Shown: positions 1 to 10,553, counted from the first letter of the stretch. The stretch is 64,000 nucleotides of DNA from Nitrosopumilus sp. (GCA_965223425.1 OZ245003.1:1344001-1408000), one strand, 5' to 3'. Notes: generated by a model from the sequence alone, not told the origin. A program made the numbers and translations.

Positions 1-11
1 CAGGCAACAAC

Positions 12-2120
12 GTGCGTCTTGCGCTGCCTACCGGGGACAACGAATTATACAACGTCCTCCTCCTCCCGCAGGCAGAAAACCGGCCCCCGACAATCACCCT
101 AAACGGAGACAACCCTGCCACGGCAGAAAGGTACGCCACGTATACCGATGCCGGGGCAGCCTGCGCCGATGATGACGGCGATGGCACAACGCTTACCAAC
201 TCCTCCAATGTGGACACGGACACGATCCAGCCAGATCCGTACAGGTACACCTACTCGTGTACGGACGAACACGGGCTTGCCGCGACAAACGTGACCAGAG
301 CAGTCCATGTGGAGGATACCGTGACACCCGTGCTTTCCCTTAACGGCCTGTCATCCGTATCGCTGACAGTGGGCGACCCGTACACGGAAGAAGGGGCAAC
401 CTGCACCGACTCGGGCCGTCCCATTGATGTCGGAGTCGGCGGCGCTACGGTGGACACGGCTGTTGCCGGCCAGTACGGTGTGATATATACCTGCTCAGAC
501 GGGTACAACCGCGCAAATCCGGTAACCAGGACCGTAACTGTTACGGAACCTGCGATAACGCCACCACCACCACCACCACCACCACCGGACGGCAACGTTC
601 CCCCCACTGCGTCAATCAGCGCGCCTTCCCGGGCAGCAGAGGGAACGCAGGTAACCCTTGACGGGACCGGCTCTGCTGACACTGACGGCACCATACAATC
701 ATACAACTGGACTGCCGGCAACCCGGCAGTAACCATCACCGGCGGCAACCAGGAAACTGCATCATTTACGGCGCCCCAGGTCGCAGAAGACACTTCTCTG
801 CTCATCACGCTGAAGGTAACTGACGACTACGGCGCCACAGGCTCTGCACAGCACAACATGACCATAACTGACACAAACCAGCCACCGGACGGCACCACGC
901 CACCTCCACCCAACGAGCCTCCCGTCATCTCGTATACGGTAAACCCCGACTCAAGCGGGCCTGACAGCATCACGCTGGACCGCGATACCGGCTTTGATCT
1001 TGCCGATCTGGGCGTGACGTGCTCTGACCCGGAGGACGGCGACATTACGCCCGTGAGTGAGAATGAGAACCTGTATGATCCAACCACAGAAGACAGTCAG
1101 TCCATCCTATACTCGTGTACTGACTCAGACAACAACACCGTATACCTCCGGGTTGTCCTGAACCTTTCTGCGCCTGACACCACCAGCGATGACGACAACG
1201 AGCACAAGACCCGCCCAACCTTTGGAAACTCTTGGAGCACCAACCAGAAGCTGGTCTCCTGCGGCTACTCCATGGACGGGTCGTGCCACGACGTGCTGGC
1301 ATACCACGTCGACTATCAGCGCGCAGAGATACGGACCGGCTCCACGCACGACTTTGCGCTAAAGGCATACGCAGAAAAGGGCCTTGACAGGGTGGCAGTA
1401 GGCTTTGGCGTGCCCTCAGTGGGATCCCCGTTCTCTGACGCAGAGGCCTCCATAACCGTCCATCTGGGACGCAACTACACCACAGACTCCACCTACGAGG
1501 TGGCAGGAATATCGCATGATGTCCGCCGCGGAAGCACAAGCTCCGTAATAGACGCGTCAGGCATCACAGCCTCTGTTGATTCTGCGGCGTGCATGTCCGA
1601 TGTCAAGCCGGGAGCAGCAGCGACGACGGCCACAAAAGGAGAGGAGAACAACAACAACAGCAACAACGACTACGACTGCATCTCCGTCCTGATATCTGGC
1701 GTCCTGTTCCTGGAGCAGACATACGACGAGCCATTCATGATCCAGGCAGTCGACTCCAAGCGCCGCGTCACAAACCACTACATGAACGACGGGCTGGCAA
1801 TATCAGGGGAGTCGCTTAACCCGCTAATGGTCATCCTGCTACAGACAAAGTACTCCTCCCAGTCTGATATCATAACCCACGAGCTGGTGCGGACAGACAA
1901 GATAAATGACGTGTGGACTGACCAGTTCGGTTACACCTGGACGAAAAACTCGTACGGCACGTGGCACTACCTTGAGGGCCCCGCACACAGCACCGGCACT
2001 GCCTGCACTGACGTCAACAACAGGCTGTGCGACGCGTTTGCCGCAAAGATGGCAGGGCACACGGCGCTCATGGAGCAGCTGCGCGATGCGGAGTACGGCG
2101 ACATATACCAGACGCAATAG
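12..2120 (+). CDS. Large surface/secreted protein with Ig-like (DUF5011-like) repeats and a PKD-like domain; probably 5'-truncated by the window edge
   Basis: Repeated P-x-I-T-L-N-G...YTDAGAxCxDxxDG motifs, PKD-like VTLDGTGSxDxDGTIxSYNW segment, poly-Pro linkers; GC-richer than flanks. Confidence 0.75.
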   Translation: MRLALPTGDNELYNVLLLPQAENRPPTITLNGDNPATAERYATYTDAGAACADDDGDGTTLTNSSNVDTDTIQPDPYRYTYSCTDEHGLAATNVTRAVHVEDTVTPVLSLNGLSSVSLTVGDPYTEEGATCTDSGRPIDVGVGGATVDTAVAGQYGVIYTCSDGYNRANPVTRTVTVTEPAITPPPPPPPPPDGNVPPTASISAPSRAAEGTQVTLDGTGSADTDGTIQSYNWTAGNPAVTITGGNQETASFTAPQVAEDTSLLITLKVTDDYGATGSAQHNMTITDTNQPPDGTTPPPPNEPPVISYTVNPDSSGPDSITLDRDTGFDLADLGVTCSDPEDGDITPVSENENLYDPTTEDSQSILYSCTDSDNNTVYLRVVLNLSAPDTTSDDDNEHKTRPTFGNSWSTNQKLVSCGYSMDGSCHDVLAYHVDYQRAEIRTGSTHDFALKAYAEKGLDRVAVGFGVPSVGSPFSDAEASITVHLGRNYTTDSTYEVAGISHDVRRGSTSSVIDASGITASVDSAACMSDVKPGAAATTATKGEENNNNSNNDYDCISVLISGVLFLEQTYDEPFMIQAVDSKRRVTNHYMNDGLAISGESLNPLMVILLQTKYSSQSDIITHELVRTDKINDVWTDQFGYTWTKNSYGTWHYLEGPAHSTGTACTDVNNRLCDAFAAKMAGHTALMEQLRDAEYGDIYQTQ

Positions 2121-2417
2121 CCGTCCGGCAATGCTGGCGTGCACGGCGCAGACAACAGGCAGGAAAAACCTGCCCCGCCGCGAAGCTGATCATTTCTTTT
2201 GGCACATGCAGGCAGGAATTCATTCCATGCTACTAAAACCTATGTTGAAAAATTAGCATCCTCTTCTGCTGGCCGGAGATCACAAACTTGTTGATCTGCA
2301 CACCGGACACGCTGATCGACGTATCTTGCAAAATTCTGCACTTTGTTTGGGGTTTCTTACTTTCATGTTTACAGGCAAGTAATCAATTTTATTTATTAGA
2401 AAGACGCTGTAGAATTT

Positions 2418-2804
2418 GTGAAACAGTATACTGTAATTCTTGGTGTGGGAGTTGGAGCAATTGCAATAATGGCAGTAATTTTTGGCATGGATATTTTGAA
2501 GTTGTCTGTCTCTACACAAGACTATGACGTTTTTGTTGACCCCATTTTAGATAAACAAAATTTGTTTGTAATGGGAAGAGTCACAATTCAAAATACCGGT
2601 TCTCAACCACTAACTAATGTTCATGTCAACTTTGGTTCTGGAGACACTCTTGATCTTGGAACGCTCAAAACAGGGCAAAAAATCATAGTTTCCCCACCTC
2701 CTGAAAATCCTATGGAGTTTGTAATGATTAGTGCTGATAATGGTGTCTTTGCGAACAAAGCATATCGTGAGATGCCAAAAATGGTTGGCATGATGGGATC
2801 CTAA
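2418..2804 (+). CDS. Conserved hypothetical membrane-anchored protein
   Basis: N-terminal hydrophobic helix then beta-rich domain (VTIQNTG motif); GTG start. Confidence 0.7.
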   Translation: MKQYTVILGVGVGAIAIMAVIFGMDILKLSVSTQDYDVFVDPILDKQNLFVMGRVTIQNTGSQPLTNVHVNFGSGDTLDLGTLKTGQKIIVSPPPENPMEFVMISADNGVFANKAYREMPKMVGMMGS

Positions 2805-3038
2805 TCCTTGTCTTAATCGTCATAACGGTTATGGCTTTGATGATTATCATAACACTCAATGAAATCAAATCTGTCCAATTTTATGATACTGTTAGGCAAC
2901 AAATGAAGTTAGGTTTTGGATGTGTGTGTGTGAGTCACGTTTTTCACTCTTTTCTATATGGTTTGACAGTTACGGCTGGCCCGAAACTGTTCCTGAATTT
3001 CTTAGCAGTTAAATTATAACAAAAACAAGTATGATTGT

Positions 3039-3863
3039 TTGAAGTTTCTTACAAGTGGGAAGGTAAAGGACATTTACGACGTAGATGGTAACACACTTCT
3101 CTTCAAATTCTCAAACCGAGTATCTGCATATGATGTCAAGTTCAAGCAGGATATTCCGAAGAAAGGTGAGGTTTTGTGCAAGTTTGCAGAGTTTTGGTTC
3201 AACAAACTGCCTGTCCCAAATCATTTTGTTCGACGGGAATCTGATACTGAAATTGTTGTCAAAAAGATGCAGATGCTTCCAATAGAGTGTGTTGTTAGAG
3301 GCTATTTTTATGGAAGCTTGGTGAACAGATGGAAAAATGGTAAAGTTGCCGTACCTGAAGGAGCAGAAACAAAATTAGCTGCAAAGCTGCCAGAACCAAT
3401 GTTTGATCCTACAACAAAATCCGAACATGATATCCCTATCAACAAAACTAAAGCACTTGAAATGGAGCTAGTTACAGAAGAGCAATATCTGTGGTTGGAG
3501 AAAACTTCAGTTGATATCTACAAAAAGATGGCAGAAGTTGCTGATTCTGTTGGTTTCATTTTAGCTGATTTGAAATTAGAGTTTGGAATTTTGAATGGAG
3601 AAATCACTTTGGGTGATTCAATTGGCCCTGATGAATATCGCTTGTGGCCTAAAGATTCCTTTGAGGTTGGAAAAATTCAAGAAGCATATGACAAACAACT
3701 TTTACGTGACTGGCTGACTGCAAATGGTTATCAAAAACAGTTTGACGATGCACGCAATGCCGGAAATGAACCAGTTGCGCCAGAGATTCCATCAGAGATA
3801 ATTGGAAAAATGACAGAACGCTACGTTACTGCATATGAAAAACTAACAAAACAATCACTGTAA
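3039..3863 (+). CDS. purC: Phosphoribosylaminoimidazole-succinocarboxamide (SAICAR) synthase
   Basis: GKVKDIY, PIECVVRGY, LADLKLEFG, DKQLLRDWL motifs. Confidence 0.97.
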   Translation: MKFLTSGKVKDIYDVDGNTLLFKFSNRVSAYDVKFKQDIPKKGEVLCKFAEFWFNKLPVPNHFVRRESDTEIVVKKMQMLPIECVVRGYFYGSLVNRWKNGKVAVPEGAETKLAAKLPEPMFDPTTKSEHDIPINKTKALEMELVTEEQYLWLEKTSVDIYKKMAEVADSVGFILADLKLEFGILNGEITLGDSIGPDEYRLWPKDSFEVGKIQEAYDKQLLRDWLTANGYQKQFDDARNAGNEPVAPEIPSEIIGKMTERYVTAYEKLTKQSL

Positions 3864-4012
3864 TTGCATTGTTGGCCTGTTGTTGTTGACTAGAAGCTGA
3901 CTTTCAACTCGAATTTAATTTTTAAGTCATATCAAAATGATGTCCTGGTGCGTCATTTGCTGACATTGTTTGCCAGATAATCGTTTTTTGATATCTTCAA
4001 ACCACTACAATA

Positions 4013-4099
4013 ATTATTGTAATGATTTTAATATTATTGTAATGATTTTAATATTATTGTAATGATTTTAATATTATTGTAATGATTTTAATATTATTG
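4013..4099. repeat. Intergenic tandem repeat, 20-bp unit AATGATTTTAATATTATTGT, about 4.3 copies
   Basis: Read directly. Confidence 0.95.
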
Positions 4100-4241
4100 G
4101 ATATGCTATGATATTTTTTGTACCGGTTCTAATGATTCTCATAGCGGTATGAATCTTATTGAAACAAGAAAAAATTGATGCGATTAGACAAAAAAATATG
4201 ATACAGGGATCTTTTAGATCATACAGAAAACCAGTCTTAGC

Positions 4242-4745
4242 ATGTCTACGTTATTAGAAAAACCAATCAAAGTAAATCGTATCGTTACGACAAGCATGGG
4301 CCACGCACGTGCAATCGAAGACCCTGTACGAGCTAAAACTGTGGAAATTTTATACCGCCAAGCACTTTCTGCTGAGCAGATCTCCCGTGCTCTAAAAAAG
4401 GAAGGACACAAAAAGGCCCTTACGACAATCCGCCATCATCTGGAAATTCTAAAGGAATCTGGATTGATTGAGATTGTCAAAATCGAAGAGTCAAGAGGTG
4501 CGATAACAAAGTTCTACGGCACGTCAACTAAACTGCTGGATTTTCAAACACCAGAAGACTTTGACTCAAAATATTCAAAGGTGATTGACAACACATCAAC
4601 TAAAATTGAAAAGATCCTAAAAAATTTGACGCCAAAAACAGCCAAGTCCAGGAGCAAAAAGTCTGAAGGCTATTCACAATACCTTGTAATGGAGATTATG
4701 AACCGAGCAATGACTAACGTCCTTGAAAATTCTGGCAAAAAATAA
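4242..4745 (+). CDS. ArsR-like winged helix-turn-helix transcriptional regulator
   Basis: DPVRAKTVEIL...TIRHHLEILKESGLIE...RGAITKFY. Confidence 0.85.
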   Translation: MSTLLEKPIKVNRIVTTSMGHARAIEDPVRAKTVEILYRQALSAEQISRALKKEGHKKALTTIRHHLEILKESGLIEIVKIEESRGAITKFYGTSTKLLDFQTPEDFDSKYSKVIDNTSTKIEKILKNLTPKTAKSRSKKSEGYSQYLVMEIMNRAMTNVLENSGKK

Positions 4746-5149
4746 TGGAAGAAAAAGCCGCACGACTATTTTCTGATAGAAACCTTGTTTTTATTGCCAC
4801 AATAATGAAAGACGGATCCCCCCAAGTGTCTCCTGTTTGGGCAAGCTATGAGGACGGATATGTGATGGTAAACACAGCTGAGGGAAGAATAAAACACAAA
4901 AATGTTTTACGTGATCCCCGTGTTGCTGTATCTGCCGTGTCAAAAGACAACCCACTTGACATGGCAACGATTCGTGGAACTGTTGAAGAACTAATTCCTG
5001 ATTATGATTACAAACATGCAGACAAACTTGCACAACAATACACGAGTCGTGAACACTATCCGTTCAAACGTGATGATGAAAAAAGAATAATTCTAAAAAT
5101 CAAGCCAAACAAAGTGTTTGTTCTGCCTGAATTAAAGATGGACGAGTAA
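4745..5149 (+). CDS. PPOX-class F420-dependent oxidoreductase
   Basis: IATIMKDGSPQVSPVW, KHKNVLRDPRVAVS. Confidence 0.9.
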   Translation: MEEKAARLFSDRNLVFIATIMKDGSPQVSPVWASYEDGYVMVNTAEGRIKHKNVLRDPRVAVSAVSKDNPLDMATIRGTVEELIPDYDYKHADKLAQQYTSREHYPFKRDDEKRIILKIKPNKVFVLPELKMDE

Positions 5150-5157
5150 GATTCAGA

Positions 5158-5185
5158 ATGTTTCTAAATTCGAATTTAGAAATAT
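5158..5185. promoter_or_regulatory. 28-bp palindrome ATGTTTCTAAA-TTCGAA-TTTAGAAATAT (copy 1)
   Basis: Near-perfect inverted repeat between convergent genes; second copy at 11055-11082; function unknown. Confidence 0.6.
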
Positions 5186-5230
5186 GATTAATCAAGAACA
5201 GAAAAATAGAAAAAAGGAAGCGAAGGCAGT

Positions 5231-5497
5231 TTAACGTTTTCGACGTTTAACTGCCTTTCTCTTTGGTACTGCTTTGCGCTTTGGAACTTTACGCTTTGCC
5301 GCAGATTTTCTCTTTGGCGCTACTTTGCGTTTAGATGCCTTTCTCTTGCGAGTTGCTACTCCACGTTTAGCTGCTACCTTTCGTTTACGAGCTGCTGCTG
5401 CTTTTGTCGCTGCTGCTTTTTTAACTGCCGCGTTTCTCTTTCGAGTACGTGCTCCTTTTTTAGCTGCTGCTGCTCTTTTGGCTTTAGATATTGCCAT
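5231..5497 (-). CDS. Small Lys/Arg/Ala-rich histone H1/Hc-like basic protein
   Basis: MAISKAKRAAAAKKGARTRKR...PKRKAVPKRKAVKRRKR; ATG at 5497. Confidence 0.75.
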   Translation of the reverse strand: MAISKAKRAAAAKKGARTRKRNAAVKKAAATKAAAARKRKVAAKRGVATRKRKASKRKVAPKRKSAAKRKVPKRKAVPKRKAVKRRKR

Positions 5498-5598
5498 AAC
5501 TTTTTCCAAAAGTTCTGTGTGTTATATGGCAAAGGTCACACATAATTGCGCTATCCATAGTAAAATTTGACACGTTTTTTATTTTGCAAAATCTGCGA

Positions 5599-6084
5599 TC
5601 AGCAATTTGTTATGCAGACAACAGCTGTGTCCACTGTTGATTGCATTTTTTGCGGTCTTATGATTATCTTGTATTGTTTTTCTTCATCAAATGGAATATC
5701 AAATTGCGTTGTTCTTTCAACTGGCTTGTTTGGTTGTAACCAATCTGTTAACAAGTCTTTTGCAGAAAATTCACCGTAAACAGCCTCGTGCCTTTGCTGT
5801 TTTTCATCAATAAAGTAAAACTGCCCTCCTGAAAGCAGGGTTTCTTCATTGGATACGTTTTTTGCAGTAATTCCAATCTTTACAAAGACATTTTCTGGCA
5901 CAACTTCTTTGCTTCCCTCATGTGTCCCATCAAATGTAATCACATATTCCACAGATCCAACCGTAACTGTCTGTCCTGCAACTGATGGAATGTAATTTGT
6001 CTGGTATTGTGTATACATGAACAATGCAACTGCCATAGAAGCTATTATTGCGCCCACAAAAATCACCATTCCAAGTCGTACCAT
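5599..6084 (-). CDS. DUF4352-like membrane-anchored Ig-fold protein
   Basis: N-terminal TM helix; FVKIGITAKN...LQPNKPVERTTQFDIP pattern. Confidence 0.7.
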   Translation of the reverse strand: MVRLGMVIFVGAIIASMAVALFMYTQYQTNYIPSVAGQTVTVGSVEYVITFDGTHEGSKEVVPENVFVKIGITAKNVSNEETLLSGGQFYFIDEKQQRHEAVYGEFSAKDLLTDWLQPNKPVERTTQFDIPFDEEKQYKIIIRPQKMQSTVDTAVVCITNC

Positions 6085-6286
6085 GATTTTTTGCTTATTT
6101 TTTGGTATATAGTTGAAACGAAATAGGACGAAAGCTCAGACTAGTGCAAAAAAATGGCACAGGCGAGATGGCAGGTCTGAACTCTGATGGGGGGGGGGGT
6201 GGTTGTAGCCAAATTCGACCAAATGATCTAATTTTGTGATTTTTCACGCATATTGATCAGAGAGGTGTGGGTTCCCCTGTGTTTTG

Positions 6287-6679
6287 CTAGAGCTTTTTCT
6301 CCAGCGTATTGCTTATGCTCTTGAGGACACCCATCATCTCTGAATGGTTTTGTTTCTGAGACGATGCCATTTCCTTCTGAGACGATGCCATTTCCTTCTG
6401 AGACGATGCCATTTCCTTCTGAGACGATGCCATTTCCTTCTGAGACGATGCCATTTCCTTGAGGATGCTGTTTTGCTCGTTGAACCTCTCATGCAGCTTT
6501 TTGGCTACCTGTCTTGTTGCAAGCATCATGTATATGCCTACGGTACCGGCAATAATAAAGGCAGCTCCCAGCGCGATTAGCATCTCTGAGTGCGGGGGAA
6601 CATATCCAAAGCCGAGAATCACGATTCCCCCTGCAACTATCGCAAACAGAAACGCGTTGTCTCTAATTGCGTCTTGCAT
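6287..6679 (-). CDS. Two-TM membrane protein with expanded KEMASSQ heptad tail (5 units)
   Basis: 21-bp tandem repeat TTCTGAGACGATGCCATTTCC x5 at 6354-6458. Confidence 0.75.
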   Translation of the reverse strand: MQDAIRDNAFLFAIVAGGIVILGFGYVPPHSEMLIALGAAFIIAGTVGIYMMLATRQVAKKLHERFNEQNSILKEMASSQKEMASSQKEMASSQKEMASSQKEMASSQKQNHSEMMGVLKSISNTLEKKL

Positions 6680-6959
6680 GCTTTTTTCTGGAATGCCTGT
6701 ATTTTAGGATTGTCTTTGCATGCGCCTTTTTTGCAGATTACTCTAGTTCCATCAAGTGGTATTTGTTGTGAATACTTGCCACGATGATCCATGTCTCTTT
6801 TTCTCCGCGGTTATGGTACAAAACAGTGATCAGATCACCAAAACGTATCAGACCCGCATATTATCGGCCTCCTTTGATTGATTTTGTTTGTTGCAATCTG
6901 GGAAGTTTTTCCCAGCTGCCAGTTGCGCGCCAAATAGCGCTAACGCACATTGTGTTTTG

Positions 6960-7268
6960 CTAGAGCTTTTTCTCCAGCGTATTGCTTATGCTCTTGAGGA
7001 CACCCATCATCTCTGAATGGTTTTGTTTCTGAGACGATGCCATTTCCTTGAGGATGCTGTTTTGCTCGTTGAACCTCTCATGCAGCTTTTTGGCTACCTG
7101 TCTTGTTGCAAGCATCATGTATATGCCTACGGTACCGGCAATAATAAAGGCAGCTCCCAGCGCGATTAGCATCTCTGAGTGCGGGGGAACATATCCAAAG
7201 CCGAGAATCACGATTCCCCCTGCAACTATCGCAAACAGAAACGCGTTGTCTCTAATTGCGTCTTGCAT
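6960..7268 (-). CDS. Paralogous two-TM membrane protein with a single heptad unit
   Basis: Identical to 6287-6679 apart from repeat number. Confidence 0.75.
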   Translation of the reverse strand: MQDAIRDNAFLFAIVAGGIVILGFGYVPPHSEMLIALGAAFIIAGTVGIYMMLATRQVAKKLHERFNEQNSILKEMASSQKQNHSEMMGVLKSISNTLEKKL

Positions 7269-7440
7269 GCTTTTTTCTGGAATGCCTGTATTTTAGGATT
7301 GTCTTTGCATGCGCCTTTTTTGCAGATTACTCTAGTTCCATCAAGTGGTATTTGTTGTGAATACTTGCCACGATGATCCATGTCTCTTTTTCTCCGCGGT
7401 TATGGTACAAAACAGTGATCAGATCACCAAAACGTATCAG

Positions 7441-7539
7441 GCCGTGCCTTATTCAATTTATTCTGATGATCCTGACGGAAATAAATTAGAACTTGCTTGT
7501 CATGATCATGGTTTTGTTAAATTAAACATCAAATTTTGA
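7441..7539 (+). pseudogene. C-terminal remnant of a VOC/glyoxalase-family gene
   Basis: YSIYSDDPDGNKLEL motif begins right at the duplication endpoint. Confidence 0.55.
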
Positions 7540-7741
7540 GGGGTTTAGCTTTTACGCACGACCACAAAAGATCATACATGTCTAGCTGAGCTAGCCCGAT
7601 GGTTTGGCAGTTGCATGCAGCAGCTAGGCACGGGTGTTAAACCCCCCCTAAAATCAGGCATTTTTGAAAAAACGGCACTGTGCCTGAATTCCTCTCTGTG
7701 GGAGGGGGGTTTAGCCTTTACGCACAAAACCGGATCTCAGC

Positions 7742-8296
7742 CTATGTGGAGACATTGGAATCGATGAAATTCCTGGCAATCTTTGAAAACTTTTTCTCGC
7801 TCATCATTACTGCTTCCGGGTTGCCTGCCCTGAGGGACATCATGAAAGAGTTATGGCCTTTGCTGTTTACCACATCAAAGCTGATGTACTTGTCGCTGCT
7901 ATCATCATATTCGTCTTCAAGGTTTGTGTATCCAATGATCTTGCCATTGATGATGTTCCTCTTGCATTTGAGGGCGTGAGATAATCCGTATGCTACGATA
8001 AATTCAAACGGTTTGCCGTGTACGCTGACGTAGTATGTGTCAGGCATTATCATGTGGTATTCATAGCAGGAGTATGGACCAAAGTTGATAGTATAGTCTG
8101 TCGTTCTGACCTTGCTTTCTTTGCCGGTGCGGAAAGGAATGCTGTCTGGCCGCGTAATGTCGCCTGGAGACCTGGTATCAGGCATCGTCCCTTGTTTTTC
8201 AATATGTATGTCACATTTGTCAAAAAACTCTCGGTATTTTTTATCCATCGTGACTCGTGTGGAATTTTTTTTCTTTATAATGTTTTTTAAATACAT
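7742..8296 (-). CDS. Hypothetical protein (true start possibly MDKKY near 8248)
   Basis: 184-aa ORF, no motif recognised. Confidence 0.55.
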   Translation of the reverse strand: MYLKNIIKKKNSTRVTMDKKYREFFDKCDIHIEKQGTMPDTRSPGDITRPDSIPFRTGKESKVRTTDYTINFGPYSCYEYHMIMPDTYYVSVHGKPFEFIVAYGLSHALKCKRNIINGKIIGYTNLEDEYDDSSDKYISFDVVNSKGHNSFMMSLRAGNPEAVMMSEKKFSKIARNFIDSNVST

Positions 8297-8400
8297 CAGC
8301 TAAGCGAAAAATGCTCTAATTCAGGCCAAATCGGCTACAAAATGCAAACAGATCAATGAGCCACTCTTTCCTCTTTTTCCTAGCGTTTTTACCGAATTTA

Positions 8401-9405
8401 TCATGTCTGCTTCCCTCTAGTTTTTACGGCTCTGTTTGCCGCCATACTGTTACATTTTTTAGACGCATCCATGGCGTGCTTGACACACTCTAGTATGATA
8501 TCATGGTTTTCAGGAACAATCCGAATTCTCCTTTCGGATTTGAAGAACCATCTTTTTACCTCACGAATACTCTCATCGTCGATGTCAAAGTCTTCTGGCT
8601 CACATCTGAATGCCAGTGTTGCCGTTTTTTTATTCATTATGATGAACGCAAATGCAGTCTTGCTCATTCCTGTGCCTATGCTTAACTTATACCATCTATT
8701 CTGTGCATGTCCACTACATTCTGTATTTTTCGTTATTGTCTCAATAAGTTCCATTACGGTCTTTCTGTTACTGTCCTCTGCCGTATCCAATCTATCTTGC
8801 CAAGTGGATATCATGCCACCTACATCATCTACATCATCTTCATCATCTTCTATGTTGCCTACAACTACATTTGTATTTACCAACTGTTTACCGTTATTTT
8901 CATAAAACTTTATCTCGACGCATCTAACTTTGATTCCATTTGTGTCCAAATACTTGCACATATCTTTAGTTTTATCATCAAACTCTTTTGCGACAATGTA
9001 CAGTTCTTGGCTCTGGTTGAAACCATCCGGGGCATTTTTGAATTCTGATTCGAATCTCTTATACAGGTCTTGATGGGCGCCTAGGTGGTGTTTCTTTGCA
9101 ATGTTGTTCAATTCGTCGTAACTGCGATATTTTGTCCACACGGCATATTCAAGAATCTGTGATACCGTATCGCGTGGAGCAAGTCCCTTTTTTATTTCAA
9201 TTATGATAATGTCTCCTTTCCTATCAATACCCATAAGATCTATTATGCCTTTATCTTTTGTCTGGATCTGCCGTCCTATTATGATGATGTCTGTTTTCAG
9301 TACTTTTGGATGCTTTTCCAAAAAGTCCTCTATGTCCTTCTCCTTGTTTGCGGTAGTCTCTTTATACTCTGTCGTATCTCCGCCATCAATATTGTGTATT
9401 CCCAT
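8401..9405 (-). CDS. NucS/DUF91-like PD-(D/E)XK endonuclease domain protein
   Basis: EKDIEDFLEKHP...IIGRQ...IDLMGIDRKGDIIIIEIKK...SQILEY. Confidence 0.85.
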   Translation of the reverse strand: MGIHNIDGGDTTEYKETTANKEKDIEDFLEKHPKVLKTDIIIIGRQIQTKDKGIIDLMGIDRKGDIIIIEIKKGLAPRDTVSQILEYAVWTKYRSYDELNNIAKKHHLGAHQDLYKRFESEFKNAPDGFNQSQELYIVAKEFDDKTKDMCKYLDTNGIKVRCVEIKFYENNGKQLVNTNVVVGNIEDDEDDVDDVGGMISTWQDRLDTAEDSNRKTVMELIETITKNTECSGHAQNRWYKLSIGTGMSKTAFAFIIMNKKTATLAFRCEPEDFDIDDESIREVKRWFFKSERRIRIVPENHDIILECVKHAMDASKKCNSMAANRAVKTRGKQT

Positions 9406-9502
9406 GAGACAACTGACTATGGCAACATAATAAATTATTCTTTATTGTATAGATAATTGGAGCCAGTTTTTTGTGAAAAGAGAAACGTCAAGGAACCCAC
9501 AT

Positions 9503-9641
9503 CTAGAATGTCTTCATCAGATACTGGGTCATCTTCTCATTCATCTCTGAGACTTTCTGGATGGCTTGTGCAAAAGCTCCCTGGCTTAGCTGGCTGTATT
9601 TGTTATTGTAGTTATTTCCATAACTGTTGCTATAATTACTG
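9503..9641 (-). pseudogene. Chimeric remnant: 3' end of a paralog of 10554-11000 fused to an internal piece of a paralog of 11276-12022
   Basis: Reads QLSQGAFAQAIQKVSEMNEKMTQYLMKTF* vs QLNQGDFAQTIQKVSEMSEKMIRYLMKTF*; 9592-9641 matches about 11419-11469. Confidence 0.8.
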
Positions 9642-9649
9642 GGAAATCT

Positions 9650-10465
9650 TCACGTATTTTCTTGCACTTTGTCAAGCAAGTTGCGCTTTCTTGTCTCAAA
9701 TTCCGACTCTGAGATAATGCCCATTCCCATAAGGTCGTACCATCTCCTGATCTTCTTGATTATTTCATCATCGCTTGCTTTTGACTCGTACTTTATCTTG
9801 GATGCCATGACTCCTATGTTGTCGGCCCCTTTGTCACCTGCCTCCTTTATCTTGGATGCCATGACTCCTATGTTGTCGGCCCCTTTGTCACCTGCCTCCT
9901 TGATCTTTGATGCGACATTTGACATGCCATCAGCTGTTTTGTTGCCGTATTTTTTCAGTTTCTCCCTTATCTCGTAACTGTGTTTGTCTTTGTCGCGTCT
10001 TGCATTTTTCCATTCCTTTTTGGACTTGTATCCAAAATTCTCCAAGTTGTATGATGTAGTCCACTTGAACATGGAATAAATCACCAGTGCGATGGAGCCT
10101 ATGTATATGACTAGATCGTATACAACCAATATTGAATAGGACAAGACAAAAGCCAGATCTTCAGAGTAAACGGCATCAGGCAACAGGCCACCTATGAGCG
10201 GTACGATAACATCCATCTCAATTTCTGCAGAAAATAAAAAATCTGTAAGATCAGACGCGTTGCTGGGATTAAAACCATAATACAGCAAACCGTCTATGAT
10301 GAACCAGACAACAATGAATATGGAGAAAATCGGAATCCACCTGCGCGTTTTTTTCATTTTCTGGGTCCAGAGCAATGCGAGGATTGTAGGCGAGAACACA
10401 CATGCCCAAAACCTGCTGACTGGCACTTTGCTGTCTTTTAGATCTGTCTTTGGCGTGTCGTTCAC
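9650..10465 (-). CDS. Membrane protein with C-terminal SHOCT-like domain and an internal 54-bp tandem duplication (9791-9898)
   Basis: Several TM helices; LMGMGIISESEFETRKRNLL tail. Confidence 0.75.
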   Translation of the reverse strand: MNDTPKTDLKDSKVPVSRFWACVFSPTILALLWTQKMKKTRRWIPIFSIFIVVWFIIDGLLYYGFNPSNASDLTDFLFSAEIEMDVIVPLIGGLLPDAVYSEDLAFVLSYSILVVYDLVIYIGSIALVIYSMFKWTTSYNLENFGYKSKKEWKNARRDKDKHSYEIREKLKKYGNKTADGMSNVASKIKEAGDKGADNIGVMASKIKEAGDKGADNIGVMASKIKYESKASDDEIIKKIRRWYDLMGMGIISESEFETRKRNLLDKVQENT

Positions 10466-10553
10466 TGTTAACCGTCAAAATACAGACAATAAAACAATTT
10501 CTACTGAATTGTTTGCCTCTGACATGATCAGTCAGGCGATCTGGAGACTTTCG

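Larger units (their letters stand above)
6278..7440. repeat. Direct duplication, 6278-6851 and 6951-7440, differing by four 21-bp units
   Basis: 574 vs 490 bp; difference 84 = 4 x 21. Confidence 0.95.
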
